A stretch of 62,931 nt of DNA, counting the filler, from Octopus bimaculoides (taxonomy: Eukaryota), in assembly GCF_001194135.2 (NCBI RefSeq). It is 6 parts of 5 records of this genome, joined end to end, with 100 filler letters (N's around TTAATTAATTAA, not from the genome) between each part and the next. Parts side by side here need not be neighbours in the genome. Positions count along the whole stretch, not along the records: positions 44,099 to 51,598 come from NC_069005.1; positions 51,699 to 55,338 come from NC_068982.1; positions 55,439 to 60,319 come from NC_068986.1; positions 60,420 to 62,931 come from NC_068986.1; 2 more parts are not named here. The stretch is one strand, 5' to 3'. The notes beneath the pieces were generated by a model. It had not been told where the DNA came from, did no database searches, and saw only the letters and a program-made list of their open reading frames with translations. Position 1 is the first letter of the stretch; each line of letters starts with the position of its first letter. Positions 48,500 through 61,235 of this stretch are shown here, piece after piece. The position numbers were made by a program, and so were the translations under genes.

Positions 48500-49500
48500 A
48501 AATAATAGAGGAAACCAGATCGGAAAATCTGAACAGAGGGAATTTGCACTAAAGTGCTACTGGAGATTGGAAATGTGGTCCAAATACAAAGGCAGTTTCG
48601 GAGAGAGTTCCAAACAGATCCACCTACGCGTCGTACCCTAGCTTGAATTAGAGATAAGTTTGGCGTAGAGGGAATTGTTCAAGATGTTCGTAAGAAACGT
48701 TTTGGAAGACTGTGGACGTCGACGAGCCACGCAAAGCATGAAATGGTACTAAAAACTTTATCAGAGATCGAGAAAATCTGTGCAGCAAACGAGTCCTGAG
48801 ACAAGAATTTTAAAATCAAGTGTTCATTACATTTTGAAGTGTTGTCATTGAAATAGTTACATTCTGAGAATAGTCGAAGCTCTCAGTGAAGATGACCCAG
48901 GTCGAAGAGAGGAGTTTAGCGAGTGATACTTTGCAGGATGCGTAGAAGATGCAACAAAGATTGTTTGGAGGGATGAGGCTACGTTTAAATTAAATGAATC
49001 AATTAACCGCTACAATTGCAACTACTGGTGGCCTGGGAACCCAGATATTACAGAATGGTTGGCACTCCGTCGGTTACGACGTCAAGGGTTCTAGTTGATC
49101 TGATCAACAGAACAGCCTGCTCGTGAAATTAACGTGCAAGTGGCTGAGCACTCCACAGACACGTGTACCCTTAACGTAGTTCCCGGGGAGATTCAGCGTG
49201 ACACAGAGTGTGACAAGGCTGCCCTTTGAAATACAGGTACAACAGAAACAGGAAGTAAGAGTGAGAGAAAGTTGTGGTGGAAGAGTACAGCAGGGTTCAC
49301 CACCATCCCCTGCCGGAGCCTTGTGGAGCTTTAGGTGTTTTCGTTCAATAAACACTCACAACGCCCGGTCTGGGAATCGAAACCGCGATCCTACGACCGC
49401 GAGTCCGCTGCCCTAACCACTGGGCCATTGCGCCTCCACATTACAGAATAACATCTTGTAAATTTACCAGGAGTTACAGTATGGTGAGTCTCATCGAAGT
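48500..49500 (+). pseudogene. Tc1/mariner transposase of rosa/maT-like type (DUF4817-like N-terminus), interrupted by a SINE
   Basis: EQREFALKCYW...VQIQRQFRREF...PPTR, GRPRT-like [26 protein letters not shown], and after the SINE NLPGVTVW. Confidence 0.75.
49057..49439 (-). mobile_element. Complete tRNA-derived SINE, family 3, with 10-bp TSD
   Basis: A box TGGCCCAGTGG and B box GGTTTCGATTCC on the minus strand. TSD attacagaat at 49047-49056 and 49440-49449. Confidence 0.95.
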
Positions 49501-50286
49501 CAATAAATTAATTACTAGTTGCGTACTGGTGTCGATGTAATCGACTTACCCTTCCCCTCAAAACTGCTGGCTTTGTGCCAGAGTTTGAAATTACACCTTA
49601 CTCTATTAAAAAGAGAATGAAGACATCGGAAAGTTCCTGAGCAAGCGTGAAATATTCTGAGTTACTTTCCTTTCTTCTTTAAATGAATCCATATTATTTA
49701 CAAATTGACACCATTTTTATTTCATAATTTTCACCAGAAATTACATCTTAATTCAGCCTTTGTTTTAAATTCAAAACATGAATAATGATTTAACCTCTTT
49801 CTCTAAAGTAAAATGCAATTTTTGTTTTATGAAGAACGAAAAGTGAACGTCTGAGTTGAATCTAACGGCGTCAGCGTTCTGTCTTCTGCTCTCTGCACAT
49901 GAAGGTACATGGTGAGATTTAAAGTGACGTGATATGTGTATGTTTGTATGAGTTGCATGGGGAGGAGGGGGGGGTCTGTCCGTGTGTGCATGTGTGTGCA
50001 TGTGTGTGCGTGCGCGCGCAGGTGTGTGTGTATGATTGCAGTTTTGTTATTTTGGTGCATGCGTTGTAGTAAGGGCATGTTGTGGATGTATACGTGCCCA
50101 AGTGTGCATGTGTGTGTTTTTCTGAATGTGTGTGTATGTGTATGCGTGTATGTTTTTGTGAATGTGTGTACGTGTGTAAAAGTGTGTGTGTTTCTGTGAG
50201 CGTGTGTATATGTGTATGTGTGAGTGTATGTGGAGGGGGGGGGCTGTCATTGTTCAGATTAATGTGTAGAAAAATAATGCGGATGT

Positions 50287-50525
50287 ATACATTGAGTTGA
50301 ATCAAAAGTTTTGCAATATTTCGGTAACCTATTTTCTTTATTCCTCAAGTTACAACAAAAGCAACCAAGCGTTCGAAGTAGAGGCCATCGAGCTGCACCG
50401 TCTGAAGCCACCTTTGTGCCAGTTCTTTAAACCCACTCTGATTCCAGATTTTCTGTTTTGATTTGAAGAACTCCTCCACTGAATCTTCCACCTCCTTTTC
50501 GTTGAGGAATCGTTGTACTAGCGTT
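50287..50525 (-). mobile_element. Mariner 3' end
   Basis: QRFLNEKEVEDSVEEFFKSK...GFKELAQRW...DGLYFE, followed by a TA-flanked TIR. Confidence 0.75.
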
Positions 50526-51149
50526 TATCACCATAATTCAATAACATTTAGATATCTTTATACGGTTACCTCATTTGTCACTCCATCTTCTGAAAGCCCT
50601 ATGGTGGTGGAAGATTGGCGATTTTTGTGTACTCTTAACTAGCTGGAAGGGCATGGCTAAGAAGATTTGCAACGAGACTAAAATAGTCATCTGATAGGTC
50701 GTGCATAGAAATTCAGTAAACACAGACAACAGCAGTCATATTTGAAGATAGAACACTAACCATGTATGTTGGTCTGTTGGTCCGTTTGTATGATTGAGTG
50801 CAAGGATGCATGTAAGAACGGATGAATGGATGAATTTACATATGAACTTTCAGTTTACCCGTCCATTTGCGAGCATATTTGGGTGTGTGCGCATGTGTGT
50901 GCGTGTGTATGAGTAGCTCTAAATGTATGTATAAATGTCACTGAAAAATCGTAACTTCCTAACGTTCACTGTTGAACTCCAGCATTTAAGCGTGAAGAGG
51001 CGGACGGGAGACTCTTTCTAGATCATGAAACTCCAGACACTTATCTTCGCTTTGTGTTATAATTATATTCCCATCTAGATTTATGGGAAGTATTAACTCG
51101 ATTCCACTTACAGGCTAGTCCATTTTTTTTTCTTTTGCAAATTCGAGTC

Positions 51150-51598
51150 ATATCTGATAAAGATGTCAAAAGCATCGAGAATGTGCAAAGTGTAGAGAAA
51201 GAGATCAATAGGACAAATATAAAGCAGTATGCATGAAATATGTATATGTGTGAGTGTGTTCAAACGAGGAACAAAGTTTAAAATTAAAACCAATTTCTCT
51301 TGTTCCTCGGGTAACCTCATTTATGTCCTTACTTGCGCAGGTTGCCAAAACTTCTATATCGGACAGACGAGCCTCTCATTACGTAGAAGAGTAGCTGTCC
51401 ATAAGGAACAAATAAACCTCCCTCAATACCGCCAAATTCCACTCAGTGGCCACATAGACTCTTGCGCCAGAAACAAAAACCCTAAATTCATTATATTCCC
51501 TTTCTATCAATGTAAAGACAGAATCTCCACACAAGAAAGAATCAACAAGGAGAATCTTTTCATAGAGAAATTCCAACCATTTCTTAACACACACACCC
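51150..51598 (+). pseudogene. Penelope-like GIY-YIG endonuclease fragment
   Basis: FSCSSGNLIYVLTCAGCQNFYIGQTSLSLRRRVAVH...ENLFIEKFQPFLN. Confidence 0.9.
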
Positions 51599-51942
51599 NN
51601 NNNNNNNNNNNNNNNNNNNNNNNNNNNNNNNNNNNNNNNNNNTTAATTAATTAANNNNNNNNNNNNNNNNNNNNNNNNNNNNNNNNNNNNNNNNNNNNTG
51701 TGTGTATATATATATATATATATTAAGATTAATGTAATATAAAGCTGAAGCAAATTAACACCAAATATACAGTGTGTGTGTTTTTATTGGCTAAACTGGC
51801 AATATGACCATCCCCAAGTACAACAACGTATGTATGTAGTATGTATGTAGTATGTATGTAGTATGTATGTATGTATATATGTATATAAAACACACACACA
51901 CACACATACATACATACATACACACATACATACATACATATA

Positions 51943-52445
51943 CTGTGTACAGTTGTAGAAATCAGCTGCCCACCAGGTGTTAATATAAAGCTGAAGGTCA
52001 GTGAAAAAGAGAACATTTATGCTGAACTATTGAGAAATCTGTAGTTACTCTATCCAGATTGAAAGTTCAGGTTTATACCTGTAATTATTGCGGCCCTGGG
52101 ATTTGTAACACACTGCCTAAATACCAACCTTGAGAAGTTAGGCCTCTCAAAACCAGAAAGGAGAAAGCTAATTCAAAGACTACAGATCCAATCCATCACT
52201 GGAACTGTAAAAATCTGTAATACTTTCCAGAAGTTTATCACTTAAGTGTATATAAGCATGTCTAGATATGTAGCTTTATGCACGAGAATACATACATAAA
52301 GCAAAACATACAAATCTGCCCATATACAAACATACAAACAAAAATACCCTGTTGTTGATGTTGAAATTCCAATGAAGGAGCTTTGGATCAAGGTTAGAAA
52401 CCGGTTCTTTCGCTATTGGCAAGGAATCTTGAAATAAAACTGAAA
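51943..52445 (+). mobile_element. R4/Dong-like LINE 3' portion
   Basis: CTVVEISCP...KENIYAELLRNL; homologous to 27660-28296 and flanked by TACA/CA repeats. Confidence 0.85.
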
Positions 52446-53089
52446 ATTGACATAAACACACACACACACACGCACACACACACACACACACATACGCACA
52501 CACACACGCACACACACACACACACAGAGTCTGCTAAAATGAATTCACAAACACACATATAGCATCCAAAGGTACATCTTTTTTTCTTCTGATGATGTTA
52601 TGTCCGCATAAATGTAAATTTAATGTTTATTGAGTATTAATAGAAACGGTTGGAAGTGAAGATGACCAATTTGCTGTTAATAATATACAATTATTAACTT
52701 CCCAATCTCCATTTTCTTCTTTTAAATGAATATAAACTAAATGTTTTTATTGTTTCTGGGGAGAGTCATTCTCTTTTGGTGCCTCAGTTTTATTCCAAGA
52801 CTTCTTGCCAATATAAACAGAGTGGTTGGCGTTAGGAAGGGCATCCAGCTGTAGAAACTCTGCCAGATCAGACTGGAGCCTGGTGCAGCCTCCTGGCTTC
52901 CCAGACCCCAGTCGAACCGTCCAACCCATGCCAGCATGGAAAGCAGACATTAAACGGTGATGATGATGATGTTATATATCATATACATATATATATATAT
53001 GTATATATATACACATACCGGAGTAAGCACATGAAATGTGCAACAAGGTGGAAAAAAGAGTACTCAAATACCAGAGGTAGAGTAATATG

Positions 53090-53161
53090 CTTTATTTAAA
53101 AGCAGCAGAAATATAAAGAGTAACGGTTTTTTTGTTATATTTCTGCTGCTTTTAAATAAAG
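53090..53161. repeat. Perfect 27-bp inverted repeat with 18-nt spacer
   Basis: ctttatttaaaagcagcagaaatataa (53090-53116) and its exact reverse complement (53135-53161). Confidence 0.95.
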
Positions 53162-53229
53162 TATATATACACATATATATATATCACGGTATCAATCAGA
53201 ATAGCGATGATACATTGCTGGTCACAGTG

Positions 53230-53447
53230 TGCTTTGCATTGTTTTAGCTTTCGAATGATGCCACCTCGCTGGCAAGGCAGGCAGGCCAGCATCCCTCCTG
53301 ATTGGAAGGCTACTCCATTGTAGGGTTATCTATTTACAGCTGAGTGGACTGGGGCAACGTGAAATGAAGAACACAACACACAGCCTGGTCCAGAAATTGA
53401 AACCACAATCTCACAATCATCAGTGTAACACACCTAATCACTAGGCC
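53230..53447 (-). mobile_element. Decayed tRNA-derived SINE, another family
   Basis: Minus strand ggcctagtgattagg...gtggtttcaatttc tRNA-like boxes, then gttgccccagtccactcagctg. Confidence 0.55.
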
Positions 53448-53535
53448 TTCACACACGCACACACACAGACACACACACACACACACACACAAGCTGTGTT
53501 TTGCGGGACAAACTTTGGGAATGACTTATATTCCC

Positions 53536-53610
<75 letters not shown>

Positions 53611-53699
53611 GTTGCTAGGCAACTGTGGAGTTTTTATGTGTTGCTAATAAATTCGCATTGAAACTTACTGGTTGCAGGTTCGATTTCATTGTATTGCAG

Positions 53700-53802
53700 C
53701 ATCCTGGGACAGGTGGCCTTCACTACAACTTCAGTTGAACCAAAGAGAAATTTGGTTGGTGGAATCTTTGAGATCCGTAGATGTGTGGTAGAGTTTAATC
53801 AG
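53700..53802 (+). CDS. Candidate exon (xILGQVAFTTTSVEPKRNLVGGIFEIRRCVVEFNQ)
   Basis: ttcattgtattgcAG acceptor, CAG|gtaaac donor, 34 open codons, phase 2 to 0. Confidence 0.55.
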
Positions 53803-54184
53803 GTAAACACTACTGCCTTCAGCTTCCTGTCAGTACCTTTTATAGGGTCCACTCTGTTGCAACGGTTTAAGTTGGGTCTTCTATCCATAAATAACTTTCC
53901 CCTATAGATGGCTGTCTTTGGAAGCTCCCGATTCCTCTACGAGGATAACAGGGTGCGTCACCCCCACTTAACTTGTGTTAGTACGCGACCTAAATACTTT
54001 CCTCTGCGTACTTTTAAAACATCTTCCTTTAATTATTCTTTATTTTTATTCCGCTCTCTTTCTTCTGAGTCGTTTCTGTTTCACAAGTTTCTACACATTT
54101 TCTAAAGCCTGCCTTACGTACTGTACAATGGGATTAACCCTCCCTCCACTCCCTTTGTACGTAACCTGTTGCCCCAACCCTAAC

Positions 54185-55009
54185 CTCTTTGCAAACACTA
54201 GTTGAATGTTTTGCATTTTGCATGCATGAATAAATTGTACGAAATTACACTCAGAGGCTAAACAAAAGAGTTTGTTCGGATGAAGCTCCAGCCATGCTGG
54301 GACAATACTCTGATTTTGGAGTGCTGCTGAAATCCAATGCACCACACATCATTATTACACACTGTGTTCTGCACAGGCATGCGTCGGTAACAAAAACCTT
54401 GCCTCCAAAACTGACAGAAGTATCAAAATTGTTGTTGAATGTGTGAACTATATTCGAAATAGTGCTATTGAGCAGTGCATCTTCAAAGAGCTGTGTAATG
54501 AAATGGGCTCTGAATTTGAGGTACTTGTGTGCCATTCTAACGTTTGGTGGTTATCCGGGGAAAAGTGTTGAATCGTGTTTTTGTCATGCATGTGGAATTA
54601 GCCCTGTTTTCGTAAGAGTACCAACGTTGTCATGCAGATTGCTTTGAAAATGCTGAGTTCATTCTCATTTTGGCATACATGACCAATATTTTTGGTGCTC
54701 TCAATCATCTCAATCGACAGATGCAGAGCGGCGGAGTTAACATCATCAAAGCGGAAGAAAACCTGAAGGCATTTAAAAAAAAGCTACCTTTATGAAAATG
54801 ACGAACAAAGAATAACTTTACAAACTTTCCCCCTGCTGGATGACTGTGTAAGTAAGATCGAAGACGTGTCTGGAATTGGAGATATTTCTGTACCTGGGGA
54901 ACCGAAGCAAGCAATTTCCATGCACTTAGATGAACTTACAGTCTCTCAATGGATACTTCTCCACCAGAGAGTCATATCTAGCGTGGGTGAGACAGCCATT
55001 CATGTTTAG
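54185..55009 (+). pseudogene. hAT (Charlie/Buster-type) transposase fragment
   Basis: D.APAMLG, THCVLHRHA, ELCNEMG...VWWLSRGKVL.R, LAYM.NIF..LN.LN..MQ. Ends at an LTR insertion. Confidence 0.85.
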
Positions 55010-55301
55010 TGTTATATGGACTGTTAGATATGTAATTCGTCTGACGTTCCGTGTGTCACAGTGGTTCGTCTGAGTTCATTGTTTCATTGTTGTTGTCTTG
55101 TGTGACTGTCGTAGTAAAAGGTCATTGATATATGTATGGCGGACATGACTTTTGTTTATTCATAACGAACATTGGGTGAGTGCGTTCTTTGTATGTAATT
55201 GAATAATAAATGTAATAACTAAATTTGTATAACTCGTTGTGTTATCTCTGCGAGTCTTCCGAAGGAAATACAACAGAGTTTATTGGCGTCGCCGATAGGA
55301 T
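55010..55301 (+). mobile_element. LTR (55010-55275) with PBS, 5' end of a further LTR retrotransposon
   Basis: TGTTATAT...ATACAACA inverted termini, AATAAA inside, PBS TGGCGTCGCCGATAGGAT at 55284-55301. Cut by scaffold gap. Confidence 0.8.
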
Positions 55302-56558
55302 CGATAGGGCCGATAGGATACATGCTTACTTTACCGTANNNNNNNNNNNNNNNNNNNNNNNNNNNNNNNNNNNNNNNNNNNNTTAATTAATTAANNNNNN
55401 NNNNNNNNNNNNNNNNNNNNNNNNNNNNNNNNNNNNNNGTGGGTATGTATGTATGTATGTATGTATGTATGTACGTTTGTATGTATGTAAGTATGTATGT
55501 ATGCATGTATGTATGCGTCTGTCTCTCTGCCTGTCTGTCTTTTTTTGTTTCTCTCTCACTCACTCACTCACTCACTCACTCACTTACTCACTTACTCACT
55601 CTCTCTCTCTCTCTCTATCTCACTCTCTCTCTATATCACTCTCTATCTATCTGTCTTTCTGTCTCTCTGTGTCATTCTGTCTGCCTGTATTTCTCATTGT
55701 GGGTATGTATGTGTGTGGGTATGTATGCATGCATGTATGCATGTATGTATGTATGTATGTATGTATGTGTACCTGTCTGTATCTATCTATATACGTCCTC
55801 ATAGAAACATTTTAAGGGCATGTTTGAATATAGTTAGGAAGCTGCAATTTGCTTATGATATTACACACACACGCGCGCACACATACTCACCCACACGCAC
55901 TCACGCACACATATATAGAAACATAAATGTATATACACAAACATGCGTACACATATATATACTCACTAATACACATATATAATATAACCTATAATCAGTA
56001 TACATTTTTTGTAAATTTTTATTCTACATATATTTGTTCTGGAAAAACAACCGCAAACTCACCAATAATATATAAAAATGCAAATGCTTTTTTTCTCTTC
56101 CTGATTAAAATATATTTTCTCCTAATATAAAATATCTACAATTAACTTCCAATTTCAAAGAACGTACTTAATATATTTGACATCCCTAAATTCCCTACTC
56201 TTCTAAATGTTGAATGTGACCATAAGCAGTAGGCAATAGTTCTACATTATAGACAGCACGTTGTCTTTCCGTCTACATAACCAACCTTTCAACTTTGGCG
56301 TGATGACGTCATGGTGCCTACTAAACCAAATATCGCAGTACAATTCACTTCAACCATTATAGCAGCTCTGTATATCAATATTGCTTCCTTATCGCCTTTT
56401 CATTCCTACTCCTACTCACTTTCTATCTCCTACTACCATTCTTCATATAATATTTACACTACCGTGTTCTCAGTTCAGTAATAGCCAATTTTCAATATAT
56501 TTATTTATTCGGTTATACAGTTTGGGTCCCCGCCACAAAATGAAGTCTGTGTGTTTAT

Positions 56559-56620
<62 letters not shown>

Positions 56621-57981
56621 NNNNNNNNNNNNNNNNNNNNNNNNNNNNNNNNNNNNNNNNNNNNNNNNNNNNNNNNNNNNNNNNNNNNNNNNNNNNNNNN
56701 NNNNNNNNNNNNNNNNNNNNNNNNNNNNNNNNNNNNNNNNNNNNNNNNNNNNNNNNNNNNNNNNNNNNNNNNNNNNNNNNNNNNNNNNNNNNNNNNNNNN
56801 NNNNNNNNNNNNNNNNNNNNNNNNNNNNNNNNNNNNNNNNNNNNNNNNNNNNNNNNNNNNNNNNNNNNNNNNNNNNNNNNNNNNNNNNNNNNNNNNNNNN
56901 NNNNNNNNNNNNNNNNNNNNNNNNNNNNNNNNNNNNNNNNNNNNNNNNNNNNNNNNNNNNNNNNNNNNNNNNNNNNNNNNNNNNNNNNNNNNNNNNNNNN
57001 NNNNNNNNNNNNNNNNNNNNNNNNNNNNNNNNNNNNNNNNNNNNNNNNNNNNNNNNNNNNNNNNNNNNNNNNNNNNNNNNNNNNNNNNNNNNNNNNNNNN
57101 NNNNNNNNNNNNNNNNNNNNNNNNNNNNNNNNNNNNNNNNNNNNNNNNNNNNNNNNNNNNNNNNNNNNNNNNNNNNNNNNNNNNNNNNNNNNNNNNNNNN
57201 NNNNNNNNNNNNNNNNNNNNNNNNNNNNNNNNNNNNNNNNNNNNNNNNNNNNNNNNNNNNNNNNNNNNNNNNNNNNNNNNNNNNNNNNNNNNNNNNNNNN
57301 NNNNNNNNNNNNNNNNNNNNNNNNNNNNNNNNNNNNNNNNNNNNNNNNNNNNNNNNNNNNNNNNNNNNNNNNNNNNNNNNNNNNNNNNNNNNNNNNNNNN
57401 NNNNNNNNNNNNNNNNNNNNNNNNNNNNNNNNNNNNNNNNNNNNNNNNNNNNNNNNNNNNNNNNNNNNNNNNNNNNCGGAGAGTTAAGGTCAACAAAGAA
57501 TAGGCATGACCACCCAAAGGTTTCAATTTCCTAAGAGGAATTAATAATACACTAAAAGCAAAATAAATTTTGTTGGGGAATGTTTTCAAATTTGCCTCAG
57601 ACCTCTGACTAATAGATGCAAGTAGTTCTGAAGGGTAGACTTGTCATTCCAGGAGAGGTGGTCATACACTATAGTTTATACATACTGGCATTTTTTTTTT
57701 TTTATCTAATGCTATTTCAAGTAGAATAGGGGAGATTCGCGCACCATTCAAATTGTGAGAGAGATGAGTTTTGAAGAAGAGTTGTTGGCAATATGTAAAA
57801 TCAAACAATTCCAAATGCAATTGAAATCAAAAATGTAGAATACCTAATGTGCCGGATTTACACATCTGCACGCACGAACTATTCGTGCCTATATGAGAAA
57901 AAAGTGTCTGGGAGAATAAAGAAAAACAGCAGAGAGGAAGATGTGTGTAAAAAAAGTGTAGCTACTTTTAGACTTTCTCAG

Positions 57982-58016
57982 AAAGTATTCCATTTAAATT
58001 GGGAGCATGTGGATAA
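57982..58016 (+). CDS. Possible exon KVFHLNWEHVDx
   Basis: actttctcAG acceptor and AA|gtataa donor, phase 0 to 2. Links 53802 to 59002. Confidence 0.25.
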
Positions 58017-58275
58017 GTATAAGTGCGTAACTCTGTTTTGGCGGTATTTGTAATTCGATTTTCCTCTTTAAAAATAATGCGCATTATCATAAATAATGAA
58101 CGATAACGTAGGGTGGGAAGATTTGTGCTCCTGGAAACTAAAGACTGATTGGTTCCCAAAACATTGTCTACTAAAAATAAAATAACGTGTGAGTATACAA
58201 TCATGCATAAATACATGAAACGTATGTACACGTTACACACACACATACATACATACATACATACATATACATGTG

Positions 58276-58329
<54 letters not shown>

Positions 58330-59001
58330 CACACATTCATTATATATTAGTTACTCTATTGAATCGGGTACGCGATTTGCATAAATAACGCATTCGTGGC
58401 CTTTAGTGCGACTTATGAACTACGGATAGGTTATTGGTGTTCATTTTTCATATTTTGATATATTACGTAATAAACGTATAGATTTTTATTGTAACTGCTT
58501 GTCTAAGTTATTTATTTGCTTTTTTTCTGATGATAATATTTTTCAATCTAGGAACAAGACCTGAAATTTTGAGGGCAAGGGGCTAGTCGATTACATCGAC
58601 CCCAATGCTCAACTGGTATTTATTTCATCGACCCCGAAAGGATGAAACGATGAAAAACAAAGTGGAACTCGGCAGAATTTGAACTCTAATTTGGACGAAA
58701 TGTTGCTCAGCGTTTTTCCCGGTGTGCTAACGATTCTGCCACCTCACTGCGGTGATGACAACGACAACGATGGTTATAATGATGACATTTTCAAATCTTG
58801 GCACAAGTTGCAGCAATTTTAAAGGAAGAGGGCCCAATCGATTACATTGGCCCCAGTACTTAACTAGTACTTAATTTTTATAAATCCCGAAGCGATGAAA
58901 GGCAATGTTAGCCAACTCAGAATTTGAACTCACAACGAAAAGAGCTAGAAGAATTTTGCCCTATATGCTAATGATTCTGTCGGTAATACCTGAGGTCTTA
59001 G

Positions 59002-59147
59002 GCATACCAGACGTATTAGTAAGTTTACAAATGGCTGCCGTGTTTGGAACTCATACTGTGACTCTGTGGTGCGGACTGGAGCTGAGGCATTATTACAACC
59101 CGACCTCAAAAGATCTCTGTGTTGGAGAAAAACATCGCAAAAAAAAA
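59002..59147 (+). CDS. Possible exon (xHTRRISKFTNGCRVWNSYCDSVVRTGAEALLQPDLKRSLCWRKTSQKKx)
   Basis: 48 open codons and a consensus GTGAGT donor at 59148. Weak acceptor. Phase 2 to 1. Confidence 0.35.
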
Positions 59148-59458
59148 GTGAGTGAAAATTATTTGAGGATGATTCCTGGCTTACCATTCATGTAAGAGAT
59201 GCTAAATATTGTTTTAATTTGTCACTGTGAGAACGATCACAACCCAGGTAATTTTTTTCCTTTTTTCTTTTTTCTTTCAAATAACTTGACTTTGTAAATG
59301 AAAAATCTGGTGTGTCTGTTTTAATGGCCTATCAATGTATGATGATGAGTTTCTTTGCCTTAGGTATCGGAAAGATACTCGGCAAGAAATGGAAACAAAA
59401 TTGAAAGAATAAAAATAGCAATAATAGTAATGATGATGATGATGGTGGTGATGATGAC

Positions 59459-59491
<33 letters not shown>

Positions 59492-59761
59492 AATTATGAT
59501 AATAATAATAATGATTTCTTTATTAACCACAAGGGTCTACAGTAAGATGTTTTTAGGGTGTGTGCCTCCCAACAAAACCAATAGCTAACAGACAAAATTA
59601 AACTCCTGCAAGCTCTTTATTAGAGCAAATATAGATCGCCCGACTTTGTTTAACATTTCTCATGTTCCCCACCAATATTTTCTGTCTTGCAATAATTTAA
59701 ACCTAACCGAACATTCCATATTGGTTCTCATATATTAAACATCTACTAATTCTCTCTACAG

Positions 59762-59934
59762 TGAAGAAAATCTTTTCAGAAACAAACACGAACTGCCAAT
59801 TATGTTCCTCGGTTGTTCTTATTCCATTCCATTTAGTCGTTAATGAATTCAAGAGACACTCAGACGCCACAATTTCTTATTTCCTTTTCCAATTTCTCTT
59901 AGTTTATGAATTTAATGCTGAATATCATCAATAG
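59762..59934 (+). CDS. Possible terminal exon (xKKIFSETNTNCQLCSSVVLIPFHLVV...HQ*)
   Basis: Textbook branch point and acceptor ctactaattctctctacAG. The phase-1 frame is open to TAG at 59932-59934. Confidence 0.35.
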
Positions 59935-60279
59935 AGAAGATGACAATCTACAGACTGATGTATACTTGTCACACAACGTGGTCTTCCGTGTTTTATTAAT
60001 GACTCAATATCTTAAAGTTCGCTACAATAAAGTAACAAACAACAGAATCTTATCTGCTTCCTTTACTTGTTTCAGCCATTGGGCTAATGGCGAACTGGGA
60101 CACCGTTTGCCGAGTTTAGTCGAACAAATTAACACCAGTACTTATTTTTTAAGCTTAGGACTTATTCTATCGGAGTCTTTTGCTGAGCCACGACGTTACG
60201 GGTTGTCAACCACTGGTAGGGAGACAAGCGCACACACAAAGATACACACACACACACATACACATCCACCCATCCATAT

Positions 60280-60319
<40 letters not shown>

Positions 60320-60891
60320 NNNNNNNNNNNNNNNNNNNNNNNNNNNNNNNNNNNNNNNNNNNNTTAATTAATTAANNNNNNNNNNNNNNNNNNNNNNNNN
60401 NNNNNNNNNNNNNNNNNNNAATTCGTAACTGAATTTAATCTTAGGTATTCATCGCCGTGGCATACCAGCAAATGGTTCCTACCCTATTTGTATATAGTCG
60501 TAGACTGGCGATTCAATTGGTCCCCGGGTTCATTTAGATACGTGATGGTAATAAAGTCACAAAAAATAGCGAAATATCGGTATCCATCATTCCTGATAAC
60601 ACCAATCTTTATGAAGGAGTCATTCACAAAGCGCTAAACCGCAGCGAACCGGTGAACACATACACAAAATCCTGTATGCAACCAGCTACAAACAAATAAC
60701 GAAAAGCAAAACCGAGTTTTTTAAGCGAGGTATCTTTTGAAAAGCCACTTGACAAAAACCATGTGTACTGAAGGCTGCACCACAAGTGGTCCAGAATCTC
60801 ATCCATGAGGGATCAATACCAGATGGGTCGAAACGATCGTTGTGATTAATAAAGAATCACGTGAATTCCATTTTCTCTTTATCTCATTTCT

Positions 60892-60928
<37 letters not shown>

Positions 60929-60958
60929 GTAATAGTAATAATAATAATAATAATAGTA

Positions 60959-60993
<35 letters not shown>

Positions 60994-61180
60994 CCTTTCT
61001 ACTATAAGCACAAGTCCTGGAATTTTGAGGGAGAGGACTAGCTGGTACTTATTTCATCGACCCCGAAAGGATGAAAGGCAAAGTCGACCCCGGTGGAATT
61101 TGAACTCAGAACGTAGCAACAGGTGAAATACCGTTAAGCATTTCACCCTGCGTGCTAACGATTCTGCCAGCTTTCCGCCT

Positions 61181-61212
<32 letters not shown>

Positions 61213-61235
61213 ATAATAATAATAATTAATAATTC

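Noticed and set aside
49360-49437. tRNA-like sequence as a tRNA gene
   Set aside because: It is the head of a TSD-flanked SINE, with no proper acceptor stem and a long unrelated body.
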